Virus record (IMG/VR): IMGVR_UViG_3300028042_000006
Coordinates: 6,818 to 70,817 of that record
From: a virus
Length of the DNA: 64,000 nt
Strand: one strand, 5' to 3'
Numbering within the stretch: position 1 is the stretch's first letter; each line of letters begins with the position of its first letter. The notes under the pieces were generated by a model. That model was given only the letters and a program-made list of their open reading frames with translations. It had not been told where the DNA came from and ran no database searches. This document shows positions 35,883 through 46,034 of the stretch, in pieces. The translations under genes were made by a program, and so were the position numbers.

Positions 35883-38800
35883 TTATATATCACAATTCTT
35901 ATCTACTTCATTCAAAAATTCCTGAATAGCCTTGTCGCTTTCGATCAAAGCTTTAGCTTCAGCCTCAGTCATTGGTGCTTGAGAATTATCATCATAATTA
36001 TACCCTCTTAACCATTCTTTTGTTTCACTGTCTAGTTCAACAGCTTCAACTTCTGATTCAGAACCAGTCTCTTCTGTCGCTCTTGCATTAGTAATAGCCA
36101 AGGCTTCATTGAATGCTTGTCTGTTCGCAAGGCCAATACTATCACCACCCATAGGCAACATTGTCTCTCCACGTAACTTCACTGCAATGGTGGCATGAGG
36201 GAAAGGCTCGCCTAGTTTAATATCAAAAAGGTTTTCTGCATTTTGTCTAATTGCATCTAGCTCGGCAGAATTAAGCTCAACAATAAGTGACTCTCTTGTG
36301 TGCTCTTCTTGATACTTGTTCTTTGGATACTGCTTAGATAATCTAACTGGCTTACCAGCTACACTGATAGTATCTTCAAATATATCAAGAGATGCTCTGA
36401 AGGAATCCATTTTCATTTTACGTTCACTGTCCGTCAGACCACTATTTGCAAGAGATTCATTGATTTTTCTCATATCAGCAAATCCAAATAATGTCATGTG
36501 CATTTCATCTTTTGCAACCATGTCTGATGGTATATCTAATCCAGACAAGTCAATCTTCCCACCAAGATCAGCCATTACTGACTGTATGACACCATCTTTC
36601 TCGTTGATCTTGTTTGCTACAACGGCACCAGAGTCATTCCTATTTTTAGACCTAGCTTCTTCTGCTTCTATCTCGGCATCAATGGTAGCTTGATCAACAC
36701 CATCAAGATTCATTTTGCGTCTTCCAATTAAGAATTCTTTGTATGTTTTAAAATCAGCAGTATTGTTTTTGTCGCTTAAGTAGACTTCCTTTTCGCGATC
36801 ATATTCTTCTGCCATTTCCTTAGCATACCATCCTAGAGGCTTATTCTGGTAATCAAAATCTTTGCCACGTTTTATATTCTTGAGTTTCGAGTGAACATTG
36901 CGATAAAATTTTGCAATTTGGGGGTGGTTCTCAAATGTAGTCTTGAGATTCACACCAAAGAAATCAATCAACCCATAATCTTTTTCTTTAGGTATCTGTT
37001 CAAAATGCTTTTTAAACTCTTTGATATCATTCAATAAAGACTGTGCATCATTAATAGTTTGCATCACTTCACTTGTAGATGCACCATCTGAAATCAACGA
37101 TTCGATAGCTTGAAGTCTATACTTGAACTTTCTCTTGTGTTCAACATCAGCAATAAGACCATAAGCTTTTTTACCAAGTAGACGTATTTTCTTACGAATA
37201 TTAGATATGATCTTCTTCATAGCATCAATCTTAGAACCAAGCCAACTAGCATTTTTATTGATAGACTTTAGATCTTCTGCATTAGCTTTGTTCGCATCTT
37301 TCTCGGAAATAAGTTCAGCCCTCAAATCATTTAGTGCAGCAACATCTTTACTAATACTTTTTTCAACATTTGCAATCACACGCTTGAGTGCCGGAGTCAT
37401 CTGTTCTTTATCACTATCTTTAAGATCAGCAAAAGTATCAGCAATAACCGTAAGGATTGTATCAATGTCATCCACAACAAGCTCAGGTTGACTCTCAATG
37501 AACGTAACAACATTATTGAATGTCTCCATTGCCGTTGCAGGAGTTACAGGCTGAGACTCCTCTGTAGCTGGATTTCCAGTGTCTTGTCCTTCAAGAAGCT
37601 TAACCACTCTATCGATCTCTACATACAGATCATTAGTATGTGCGCCAAAGTTGTCTTTTATTGGACGAACATCTGTATTGATTTTTGCAATATGCTCGTT
37701 GTCACTGTATTTACTATCACTAGACATTACGGTTGGCATATCACCAATCTGATCCATGACGTTGCCAACTTCAGCATCAAGCTTCTCTGCAACCTCTCGT
37801 AGCTTTGTGCTTCCATAGTAATCATTAATTTCTGGACCTGATGTTTTGTTAAACCATCCGTCTTCACTGATTCCAAATACCGGATACCACTTTCCTACTT
37901 CGACATCTTTTTTACCACCAGAACCAGATGACACGTAGAATGGCATTAAGAATCCATCAATATCAACAAGAACAAATGGTCTACCTGAGATATTCAATAA
38001 ACGATTCGTGCCACTTATTTTGATCCTATCCGTAGAACCCTCTTCTCTGTCTGGGTCCATAATTGCACCAGACCAAGGGATATCAACACCACCTATATTC
38101 TTGACTTTTTCTTCGAGCTTTTGATATGAAGTCAATGCAGAACCAGTATCTTCTTTGACATTGTATTCTTCATCGAATAACCATCGAATATCTTGATCAA
38201 CAATAGCGTTGTCCACGTTACCATTATAGTCTTCTAGTATTTTCTCCAAGAGATCCTGGTTCTCAAGTTTACCAAGCTTCTTTTCTAGTGCAATTCTGTA
38301 TCTCTTCTGCTTGTCAGTTTCGGTTCCAATATCTTGAACGTCCAGAAGGTCAGCATAAGTCTTAATCTGTTCCTTGAACTTATCAAACATTTCTTGATCA
38401 AATTCAATCGGTTCAGATGACTTTGTTTCAGAACCAGTACTCTTCTTCCCACCCTTGCTGTTATTCGATTGGCTTTTACTTTGTCTTTCGATTACACCAT
38501 CTGTGCTGATGTCACCTATAGATGATGTACCATCGAGTGCAAGAAGTCTATCTCTTTTACTTGCAAGTGTGCCTTCCAGTGTAGGAAATGAATTCATTAA
38601 GTCAACAGCATTTGGTCCAAAGTGTGGACCAGATGTTCCATCTTTGCTTTGTGTGTAGTCGGTGAATACATGAGACAACACATCAAGGTGCTCTTTGTTG
38701 TTGATATCAAATCCACTTACACCAAGATTTTTCTGAACAAAAGATTCAATGTTTCCAATGTGTGCATTCATCAAACTCTTTGCTGATGCAAGTTCTGATT

Positions 38801-41800
38801 TCGTTGCTGCAATATGACCATTGATAACAGCAGTCTGCTCAGGAGTAAGGTTCTTGTCTCCTTTGGCACCCATAAGCATCTCAAGTTTAGCTGTCGTAGC
38901 GTCAAACCAGTCATTCTCTTTCTGCATGTTCATTAGGTTCTGTATAGTATGTTTTGCAGACTTTACATCGCCTTTTTTACTAATAGAAGTGTTTAGTTTT
39001 CGTGCTCTTGATTTAGCCCAGTTTGTAAAGGTTTCAAAGTTGGCAGACCCATTACTTCCGATAGCTTGGTTCAGTTTAGAACCAATGTTCTTTGCCTTAT
39101 CATCATTCATGATTTGCTCAAGAAGTACTTCGTCATACTCTTTCATGGACGGCTTAATACGAACAACTTTTTTACCATTTTCATATTTGATCTCGATGAA
39201 ACCAAAGTTTTCAATTTCGTTGGTTACATCATCAAAATATTTATCATTTTTTTGATCACTATATTTTGCCAAAATACCTTCAAGAGTCTTGAGGTTTAAT
39301 CCCTCTGGATTTGTATAGAGTATATCATCAGAAACCTCGACAGGATTTCCTTCAATGAAAGCAAAAGAACCTTGTGTGAAAGCCGCTTGATGTTGCTTTT
39401 CGTAGAGTATCTTTTTTCTCCATTCATGTGCAGTAGTATTCCTTCTAAAGTTCTTCATGTCAGCAATCTCTTGAGAGGTCGGTTCTTTCATGAATTTCAT
39501 TTTGTATTCGCGTATTTCTTGATCCACATTCTCTGCATCAATCATAGCTTGAGTAAATGCTTTTGAGAATTGTTGCATTCTACTATCTAGCATATCTCCA
39601 GTATCGAAATCAACATTAGGATCTTGATGTAGCTTGTGTGCAAGTTTCAGGATATTTTCCATAGCTTCAGGACGAGCCATCTGGTTCATCTTTTCACCCA
39701 TATCAAACGCTGTATCTATTATGTTCTGAATATATTGTTTTTGCAATACTTTTCTAGTATGAGCATCAAGATTTTTCCCACCAGAGTATCTATCAACCAT
39801 AGCATTTGCAGCCTTTACGATAGTAGCTGGATCTCCAGTCTCCAAGTCAGCAATAGAACCAGCGGCACCAGGTGTAGCCAAACTTGTAGCTACTTTATTA
39901 ATGATTGTATTTGCAGTAATGGCTGGATCTTCAAAGAGATCCTTAGTGGTTCTTACTCCGTCAGCCTTACGCTTCTCTTCACTGTTTAACATGTAGTTTC
40001 CAGAAGCATAAGCTCCAGATACGGCAGAGGTTACTGTAGCAATTTGTCCACCAGCACCAAGTCCCCCAGCAAGACCCAGCATTGCCTCATGTTGTAGTTT
40101 TTCATCGTTAAAAATATCTTTCATAGAGACACCATCTATGCCATAATTTGCAATGATGATTTCACCCCAAGTTTGAGTATATTCCTGTGCAGCCTCAGTA
40201 CCAGAATCAATAGCAATATCTTTTGCCTTCTTCAGTACAGCAAGAGTAAATGCTCTCTTTCCTGTATTATCAAGTGCATCGATAGTTTTATTCAATGCTC
40301 TTTTGATATTTCTATCAATGAGTTCTTTACCTTTTCCAAATTTTAAAAGGTTTTGACCAGATAATCTTTCAACACCAAGTAGTGCAGTAGTCAAGGCGAA
40401 TGATGATAATACTTCCATCATGTTTACTTCACCCGGTTCACCTGCAGCAATCTTGTTGGCTATCCGTTCATTGAGTTGATCGTTGGTTAGGATTGCACTC
40501 TGGGAATAGAACCCTGCATATCTAGCCAAGTGAGACATTGCCTCTAATGTTTTAGGTGCTTGTTCAAATATTTTGTAGGTTTTGTATGCGTTTTCTGAAA
40601 CCTGACCAGACTTTACATATCCTTTTACAGTATTAGTAATGAATGATTCAGTCTTTCCAAGTTTTCTCATCTTAGAGATTGTACTTGCAAGTTTAGCAGC
40701 AGCAGCAACTCGCCCACCTGGTAGTGGAGTAGCAGCCATAATCATCATAGGTAAAGACTCTATTGCAACTCCAGGATCACTCATGGCAGTCGTAAACCCA
40801 CCAAGAATATCTCCATTCTCAAGTTTCCATGCAGCTTCATTTAGTGCCTGGTTCGACTCTGTTCTGTCGTAGCCTACTTGCTTGTCAACCCATTCTTGGG
40901 TATTAACATCGTTAAGCCATTTATTGTCTCCACCGGGAGAAAACATATCTAGTAGCCAGTCAGCACCACCAACACCAAGCTTGACAAGTCCAGCCTGTAA
41001 AGCATCAAACCCATTAGAACCAGCTATCCTAGTAGCATTACGTTCATTCATGAGCTGTTCTGATATTTGTGCATTTCTAGCAAATTCTACATCAGTAGGA
41101 TCTTCGCCACCAAGAAGATTTCGGTTGTATTGTTCTGTGTATCCAGCACCGAAATTAGCATTAGATGCCTTATCTGTACCCATTCGGACACCATCTTTTT
41201 CAACGCCACCCTCATCAAATACACGAGCATTAAGAGATTCAGTTAGTGCATGAAGAGTATTCTCCCACTTCTCTGCACCCTTAAATCTTTTCTCTTCAAC
41301 GATTTCAAATCCATCTTCCATCCATTGGCTCTTATATCTATCAGCTGCAGAAACTTCTGCCATACCATGCTTGTAGATATATTTAGAAGAACCATCTTCA
41401 TTAAATCCATCGAAACGTCTTAGTGTATAAATAGCCTTGTCAGCCATAGGATCATATTCTGCATTTTGATATTCTCGAACCAGTGCTTCAAGTGTAGTAT
41501 TTTCGGCAGCACCAAAATCCTTGTTGGACATGCTGTGCTCTTTACCGTCACGAATAGCCTTCATACTAGCATTGTCTAGCCAGTCACCTTGACCAACATC
41601 GAGTAGGTTCTCTGATGCCTCTAGTACCCAATCAACGGCACCAACGGCAGCATTGTATGCACCCTTTGCTGATAGCGCAACAGAACTGTCAGACTCCAAT
41701 GATCCATCTGAATTTTTATGAAGGTTATCAGTTTTACGATAGATCTCTCCAGACTTAAGCTCTTTGGCTCTTTCGATCTCATAAAACTTTCTAGCAAGTG

Positions 41801-41951
41801 CATCACCCTTGGCAACAGCTCGTGCTATTCTGTTTTCGGTTTCTTCTGGTGAGCGAGACTCGGCTCCACCAGTGTTGTAAAAATCATCTATATCTGTAGT
41901 GTCTATACTGGAGGTGTCCTCGCCATAGAATGCCGCTATTTCATCTGCCAT
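35883..41951 (-). CDS. giant ejection protein A: N4 vRNAP N-terminal-domain equivalent with T5orf172-like and 2H phosphoesterase domains
   Basis: Gly/Ala helical DSGTEAAQEYTQ...LGLAGGLGAGG region as in ejection-protein N-termini; HMTL and HATI motifs; position upstream of the RNAP gene. Confidence 0.72.
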   Translation of the reverse strand: MADEIAAFYGEDTSSIDTTDIDDFYNTGGAESRSPEETENRIARAVAKGDALARKFYEIERAKELKSGEIYRKTDNLHKNSDGSLESDSSVALSAKGAYNAAVGAVDWVLEASENLLDVGQGDWLDNASMKAIRDGKEHSMSNKDFGAAENTTLEALVREYQNAEYDPMADKAIYTLRRFDGFNEDGSSKYIYKHGMAEVSAADRYKSQWMEDGFEIVEEKRFKGAEKWENTLHALTESLNARVFDEGGVEKDGVRMGTDKASNANFGAGYTEQYNRNLLGGEDPTDVEFARNAQISEQLMNERNATRIAGSNGFDALQAGLVKLGVGGADWLLDMFSPGGDNKWLNDVNTQEWVDKQVGYDRTESNQALNEAAWKLENGDILGGFTTAMSDPGVAIESLPMMIMAATPLPGGRVAAAAKLASTISKMRKLGKTESFITNTVKGYVKSGQVSENAYKTYKIFEQAPKTLEAMSHLARYAGFYSQSAILTNDQLNERIANKIAAGEPGEVNMMEVLSSFALTTALLGVERLSGQNLLKFGKGKELIDRNIKRALNKTIDALDNTGKRAFTLAVLKKAKDIAIDSGTEAAQEYTQTWGEIIIANYGIDGVSMKDIFNDEKLQHEAMLGLAGGLGAGGQIATVTSAVSGAYASGNYMLNSEEKRKADGVRTTKDLFEDPAITANTIINKVATSLATPGAAGSIADLETGDPATIVKAANAMVDRYSGGKNLDAHTRKVLQKQYIQNIIDTAFDMGEKMNQMARPEAMENILKLAHKLHQDPNVDFDTGDMLDSRMQQFSKAFTQAMIDAENVDQEIREYKMKFMKEPTSQEIADMKNFRRNTTAHEWRKKILYEKQHQAAFTQGSFAFIEGNPVEVSDDILYTNPEGLNLKTLEGILAKYSDQKNDKYFDDVTNEIENFGFIEIKYENGKKVVRIKPSMKEYDEVLLEQIMNDDKAKNIGSKLNQAIGSNGSANFETFTNWAKSRARKLNTSISKKGDVKSAKHTIQNLMNMQKENDWFDATTAKLEMLMGAKGDKNLTPEQTAVINGHIAATKSELASAKSLMNAHIGNIESFVQKNLGVSGFDINNKEHLDVLSHVFTDYTQSKDGTSGPHFGPNAVDLMNSFPTLEGTLASKRDRLLALDGTSSIGDISTDGVIERQSKSQSNNSKGGKKSTGSETKSSEPIEFDQEMFDKFKEQIKTYADLLDVQDIGTETDKQKRYRIALEKKLGKLENQDLLEKILEDYNGNVDNAIVDQDIRWLFDEEYNVKEDTGSALTSYQKLEEKVKNIGGVDIPWSGAIMDPDREEGSTDRIKISGTNRLLNISGRPFVLVDIDGFLMPFYVSSGSGGKKDVEVGKWYPVFGISEDGWFNKTSGPEINDYYGSTKLREVAEKLDAEVGNVMDQIGDMPTVMSSDSKYSDNEHIAKINTDVRPIKDNFGAHTNDLYVEIDRVVKLLEGQDTGNPATEESQPVTPATAMETFNNVVTFIESQPELVVDDIDTILTVIADTFADLKDSDKEQMTPALKRVIANVEKSISKDVAALNDLRAELISEKDANKANAEDLKSINKNASWLGSKIDAMKKIISNIRKKIRLLGKKAYGLIADVEHKRKFKYRLQAIESLISDGASTSEVMQTINDAQSLLNDIKEFKKHFEQIPKEKDYGLIDFFGVNLKTTFENHPQIAKFYRNVHSKLKNIKRGKDFDYQNKPLGWYAKEMAEEYDREKEVYLSDKNNTADFKTYKEFLIGRRKMNLDGVDQATIDAEIEAEEARSKNRNDSGAVVANKINEKDGVIQSVMADLGGKIDLSGLDIPSDMVAKDEMHMTLFGFADMRKINESLANSGLTDSERKMKMDSFRASLDIFEDTISVAGKPVRLSKQYPKNKYQEEHTRESLIVELNSAELDAIRQNAENLFDIKLGEPFPHATIAVKLRGETMLPMGGDSIGLANRQAFNEALAITNARATEETGSESEVEAVELDSETKEWLRGYNYDDNSQAPMTEAEAKALIESDKAIQEFLNEVDKNCDI

Positions 41952-41975
41952 AGGATACTTCCTTATATGTGTTTG

Positions 41976-43271
41976 TTAACTGAACCAACCAGTTTTTGCT
42001 TCTCTCTCAAGTTTATCTTTTTCGGCAATAAGTTTTGCAACTTCAGCTTTATTTTTTGCTGTATTTTCTTTGGCTCTTGCAACTGCAATATCAGCTTCCA
42101 TTTTTGCCATAGATTTCTGATAGTTAGTTTCTCTCTCTGCTTTAATCTTACGAATTTCTGCTATCTCTTTAGCTTTTGCTTCAACTTTTGCAGCATAGTC
42201 AGCTTCAATAGTAGCACGTTTAGCAAGAACATCTTGAGACAATGTAACCTTAGCCGCAGGGGTAATACCCATTGCTCTAATCTTTTTAAGCTCTGTTGAT
42301 TGCCAGTTATTGAGGTCTGTTCTAACATCTGTCTTAGATCTTATCACGCCCTTGTGTTCAATTTTAACTTTAGTCTTCACGCTTTTTGTTAGTTCTTTGT
42401 TTCTCTTGAGAATATATTGATCCAAAGCTTTACGTTTTTGTTCATTACTGTTTTTTCTGCCAGTAAGCCCACGAATTTTATCTTTATATATATCAAATTG
42501 GTCTTTTTCACTTTTACCGTATGCTGCTTTATATTGAGCTTCATTTCTAAGATCACGTTCTGCTTCTTGTTCTTCATTTAAGCCAAAGTCAGTAAAGAAG
42601 TCTGATATAGGTTGAATGATGTTTTCAGCACCCCATGTGATACCATTATCAATTCCGGATATGATGCCACTTGTGTCTTCTAGGTTGCCATTTTTGTCAA
42701 CCTTCACCATACCACGATCTTTAGAAAGCTGTATTCTCTTGAGTCTTTTCTCAGTAGGAGACAAGTCAGAATCATTTATGATTTCAGCATCTCTCTTTAG
42801 AGTCTCTTTTTCAAAATCAGTCAGTGGCTTAATACCTTGTTTTTTACGCTCTTTATCGATGTCGTCAATTAATACCTTTGTGTTAGCTTCACTCATAGCC
42901 ATCACATTTGTATCTTTCATTTCAGTTGTATCTTCTGTAAGAGTAACATTAGGATTTCCGACAACACCAATGTTGTTAGCTAGATCTTCTTGAGTTTGAA
43001 GTGTCTGTTTTCTAATCTTTAAATCAAGGTCATTCTTAGATTTTTGCATAGCAAATCTCTGTTGATCTAAAGCAGAACCAGACTTCAAAGAATTAGCTCG
43101 TGCCATTTCAGTCTTCATTTTAAGTTGAGCTAACTGCTTATCCGTTTCGCTCTCTGGCTTCTCATACTGTGCATTGTAGGGATTATTCCCTGTATACACA
43201 GCAGGTGCTCTACTGTTTTGAGCTAGGTTGTTAAGGTACGCAAGATGCGTCATTACTGTTCCAGATGCCAT
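41976..43271 (-). CDS. ejection protein (N4 gp51-like by position)
   Basis: Cys-free, coiled-coil, directly upstream of the vRNAP genes. Confidence 0.6.
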   Translation of the reverse strand: MASGTVMTHLAYLNNLAQNSRAPAVYTGNNPYNAQYEKPESETDKQLAQLKMKTEMARANSLKSGSALDQQRFAMQKSKNDLDLKIRKQTLQTQEDLANNIGVVGNPNVTLTEDTTEMKDTNVMAMSEANTKVLIDDIDKERKKQGIKPLTDFEKETLKRDAEIINDSDLSPTEKRLKRIQLSKDRGMVKVDKNGNLEDTSGIISGIDNGITWGAENIIQPISDFFTDFGLNEEQEAERDLRNEAQYKAAYGKSEKDQFDIYKDKIRGLTGRKNSNEQKRKALDQYILKRNKELTKSVKTKVKIEHKGVIRSKTDVRTDLNNWQSTELKKIRAMGITPAAKVTLSQDVLAKRATIEADYAAKVEAKAKEIAEIRKIKAERETNYQKSMAKMEADIAVARAKENTAKNKAEVAKLIAEKDKLEREAKTGWFS

Positions 43272-43275
43272 ATTA

Positions 43276-43740
43276 TTATCCTACTGTTTCTGGTTTTCCT
43301 GCAAGTCCTCTCGCAAGTCTTTGTCTGCCCTTCTTCTGAGCTTCTGCTTCTGCTTTCATGTAAGCATTATTCTTTTTCCACTCATTGAAGTATTCTTTTT
43401 TCATCTTCTGGTCTTGGAATGTTGAATACATGTTACCAAGCTTAGACATGTTGTTTATACTTGTATTGAAGTCAAAAGGATTGCCTTCTGATACTTTTCC
43501 TTGTGCTGCCGAAATAGTATCTGCTGATAAATTTTTAGCACCCCAGTCATTTAGTTTACCACCTTCAAACCCCAGATTAGATCCTGGAGTTCCCGGTGCC
43601 ACACTAGCCATACCGCCATCGACAGTCTTTAAAAATGATTGCTGTTGCCCTGTAGCCTCGGTTCCACCTAGTAAAGATGTGCCTAGTCCCTTTAACCCAT
43701 CGAGTGCGCTTGTTGCGAAAGCACTTAAATCAAAACCCAT
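43276..43740 (-). CDS. small ejection protein (N4 gp52-like by position and size)
   Basis: 154 aa, Gly-rich N-terminus, Cys-free. Confidence 0.6.
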   Translation of the reverse strand: MGFDLSAFATSALDGLKGLGTSLLGGTEATGQQQSFLKTVDGGMASVAPGTPGSNLGFEGGKLNDWGAKNLSADTISAAQGKVSEGNPFDFNTSINNMSKLGNMYSTFQDQKMKKEYFNEWKKNNAYMKAEAEAQKKGRQRLARGLAGKPETVG

Positions 43741-43775
43741 ATTGTATCCTTCAAAATTTATATTTTAATTGCTTA

Positions 43776-43784
43776 ATTATACCA
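43776..43784 (-). promoter_or_regulatory. extended -10 late promoter TGGTATAAT
   Basis: TGnTATAAT ~35 nt upstream of the 43740 ATG. Confidence 0.7.
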
Positions 43785-43796
43785 CATTTAAGCGAC

Positions 43797-46034
43797 CTAT
43801 CCAGGAACGACATTGATCCTAAAATTAATCGCTCCAGTAACATCATAAAACTGATCATAGTTTGTTAAGCTTTCCATCTGAGCTGTTTGTGCATCAGGGC
43901 TGTTAGCCTGGTTCTGAGAGAAGTGTGCTTGTAATGAAACCTTGTACAAACCAGATCCCTGATTTGCTGTTTCAATTTGTTCTTGAATAGCATCATTCTT
44001 GTCCATACGTGCCTGATCTTCTGATAGTTTTTTCATTTCAATTTCATAATAAGCATTATATAAAATCGTTGTCACGGATGCTGCCATCATTAACATTTGA
44101 GATGTGTTTGTCAAAACCTCGTTAAAGTTTCCATTCATAACCATAATAACAGACACTACAATTTGAACCAGTGCTTTTAACCAAGGGTTATCAATATTGC
44201 TAAGGATTTCTTTCAACGCAAGTTGAATTAAGACAACCGCAGCATAATAAATCACAACAGCTACAACAATACTTACTGAAAGTGTACCAGTAAGCCATCC
44301 AATTGCACCAGGACAAAACGCTTGTAATCCGGGAACGACACAAACAATAATAGTTACCACGATAGCAACAATAGTCCATATCCAGTTGGTCTTAATGACA
44401 ACCTTTGAGAAGAACATGAATTTGATTCCGTACTCTTTGATGATGATGTTTGATGTAAAGTCACATCTATCATACATCTCCCAAGGCACCCATAGTTGAG
44501 GATACAGTTCACCCGGACCACCACTGTTCTCTTCATCGGCAGATGATCTCCAGCTTCCATCCATATTCAATCTAAAAGTTTCACCATCTATTCTCAACTC
44601 TTGTGTAATTTTAGTGACTTTAACTTCTTGATATTGATGTAAATCTAACTGTTTCCTTGAAATAATATGTGCAGATGGACCTGTTCCTACAAGCTCAAAC
44701 CAGTGACTTAGCTCTGCCGCAGGTCTACCATATAAGTTTGTAAATCTGCCCGGCACAATAGACTTGCTTTGTACAATCTCAAGAGTATTTGGCACACCAG
44801 TCATGGCTACTGTGGTGGTTCCGTTACCATAGTATTCAAGCAGTTCATAGAATAGTCTCGCAAATCTCTTACGTCTAAATTTATTTCTCTTAGCCCACCA
44901 TGCCTTGCTTCCAGGCTTCGTAGCTGGACCACAAGCGATATCCCAATGTGTAGCATACTTAGGATCAACATTCGTTGGAAAGTGCTTTGCTCTGGCCATA
45001 ACCTTTAGTGGTATATTTTCAACGTCTTCTGTCGCTACTCTACCACACACATCAAGTATATATGGATCTTTTGGTTGTAGACCACAGACAACAAAAGCGT
45101 AGTCAATTTGCTTATTATGAGCATGACTGTCATTGTCTTTATCCTCTTTCTCAAGTATGTCCCAGATACCATCCTCTCCAGCTTTTTTGTTCCGCAATGG
45201 AACGCCAAGTCTTTGTTCGAGAAACCACTCAATCCATTTTCTTAAATCAGAATTTGGTGCACCCGGTTTTCGACCAATAGTTTGAATAGGAACAGAGGGA
45301 ACAATCTCAAGATTTTGTTGAGAATAGTATGCCGTAACCGTAGAGAGTTCATGAATTTCAACAACATGTATACTATTAACCATGAAATGTATAATTAGCG
45401 ATTCTTTGAGATCCGTATTATCAATATTTTTATGTTCTTTTGTATAAACCTTTACTGCACCACTACCATCTAAAATTGGATTACCACTTGAGTCTACAGC
45501 AGAACCAGTTAACGTGACTGAAAACTTCTTAACATTGGTTCTTCCTTGAACTATGTTTGGATTGTGTGGCATACTTGAGCCATACAATGAAACAAATCCT
45601 GCCTTGCTAACCTTATATGAAATAACCTCGTTTGGATCAGTATCGTCAACAACTTTACCGTTTCCTTTGTACATTATGCCATACGTTTGATATAGAAATT
45701 TTTGTACAACGTCTGCAATGGAAGGTAGACCAATAGAACCAGTGAGATATTTCTGAAAGCCAGGATAGCGTGACTGCAACCACCCAATAAGTGCTGCTTC
45801 TTTGATAACCATAATCTGAGCAGTAGAAGTGATCCATGTTGGTATCTTTTTCTTGAGGTTATTATACATGAAGCGATCCCGGTATTGCTTCTTGAATGCC
45901 CACCAGTTGGTGTTAAATCTCTTCATGTCTGTACCAGCACCAAAACCATTCATCAACCATTGCTTAGGAACCATATAGTCTTTTGTAAATACATCTTTAA
46001 AGGTTAATCCAAGATACACATCTTTACTTGACAT
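43797..46034 (-). CDS. virion structural protein (N4 gp53-like) with C-terminal hydrophobic helices
   Basis: WIWTIVAIVVTIIV... TM segments near the C-terminus; synteny. Confidence 0.65.
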   Translation of the reverse strand: MSSKDVYLGLTFKDVFTKDYMVPKQWLMNGFGAGTDMKRFNTNWWAFKKQYRDRFMYNNLKKKIPTWITSTAQIMVIKEAALIGWLQSRYPGFQKYLTGSIGLPSIADVVQKFLYQTYGIMYKGNGKVVDDTDPNEVISYKVSKAGFVSLYGSSMPHNPNIVQGRTNVKKFSVTLTGSAVDSSGNPILDGSGAVKVYTKEHKNIDNTDLKESLIIHFMVNSIHVVEIHELSTVTAYYSQQNLEIVPSVPIQTIGRKPGAPNSDLRKWIEWFLEQRLGVPLRNKKAGEDGIWDILEKEDKDNDSHAHNKQIDYAFVVCGLQPKDPYILDVCGRVATEDVENIPLKVMARAKHFPTNVDPKYATHWDIACGPATKPGSKAWWAKRNKFRRKRFARLFYELLEYYGNGTTTVAMTGVPNTLEIVQSKSIVPGRFTNLYGRPAAELSHWFELVGTGPSAHIISRKQLDLHQYQEVKVTKITQELRIDGETFRLNMDGSWRSSADEENSGGPGELYPQLWVPWEMYDRCDFTSNIIIKEYGIKFMFFSKVVIKTNWIWTIVAIVVTIIVCVVPGLQAFCPGAIGWLTGTLSVSIVVAVVIYYAAVVLIQLALKEILSNIDNPWLKALVQIVVSVIMVMNGNFNEVLTNTSQMLMMAASVTTILYNAYYEIEMKKLSEDQARMDKNDAIQEQIETANQGSGLYKVSLQAHFSQNQANSPDAQTAQMESLTNYDQFYDVTGAINFRINVVPG

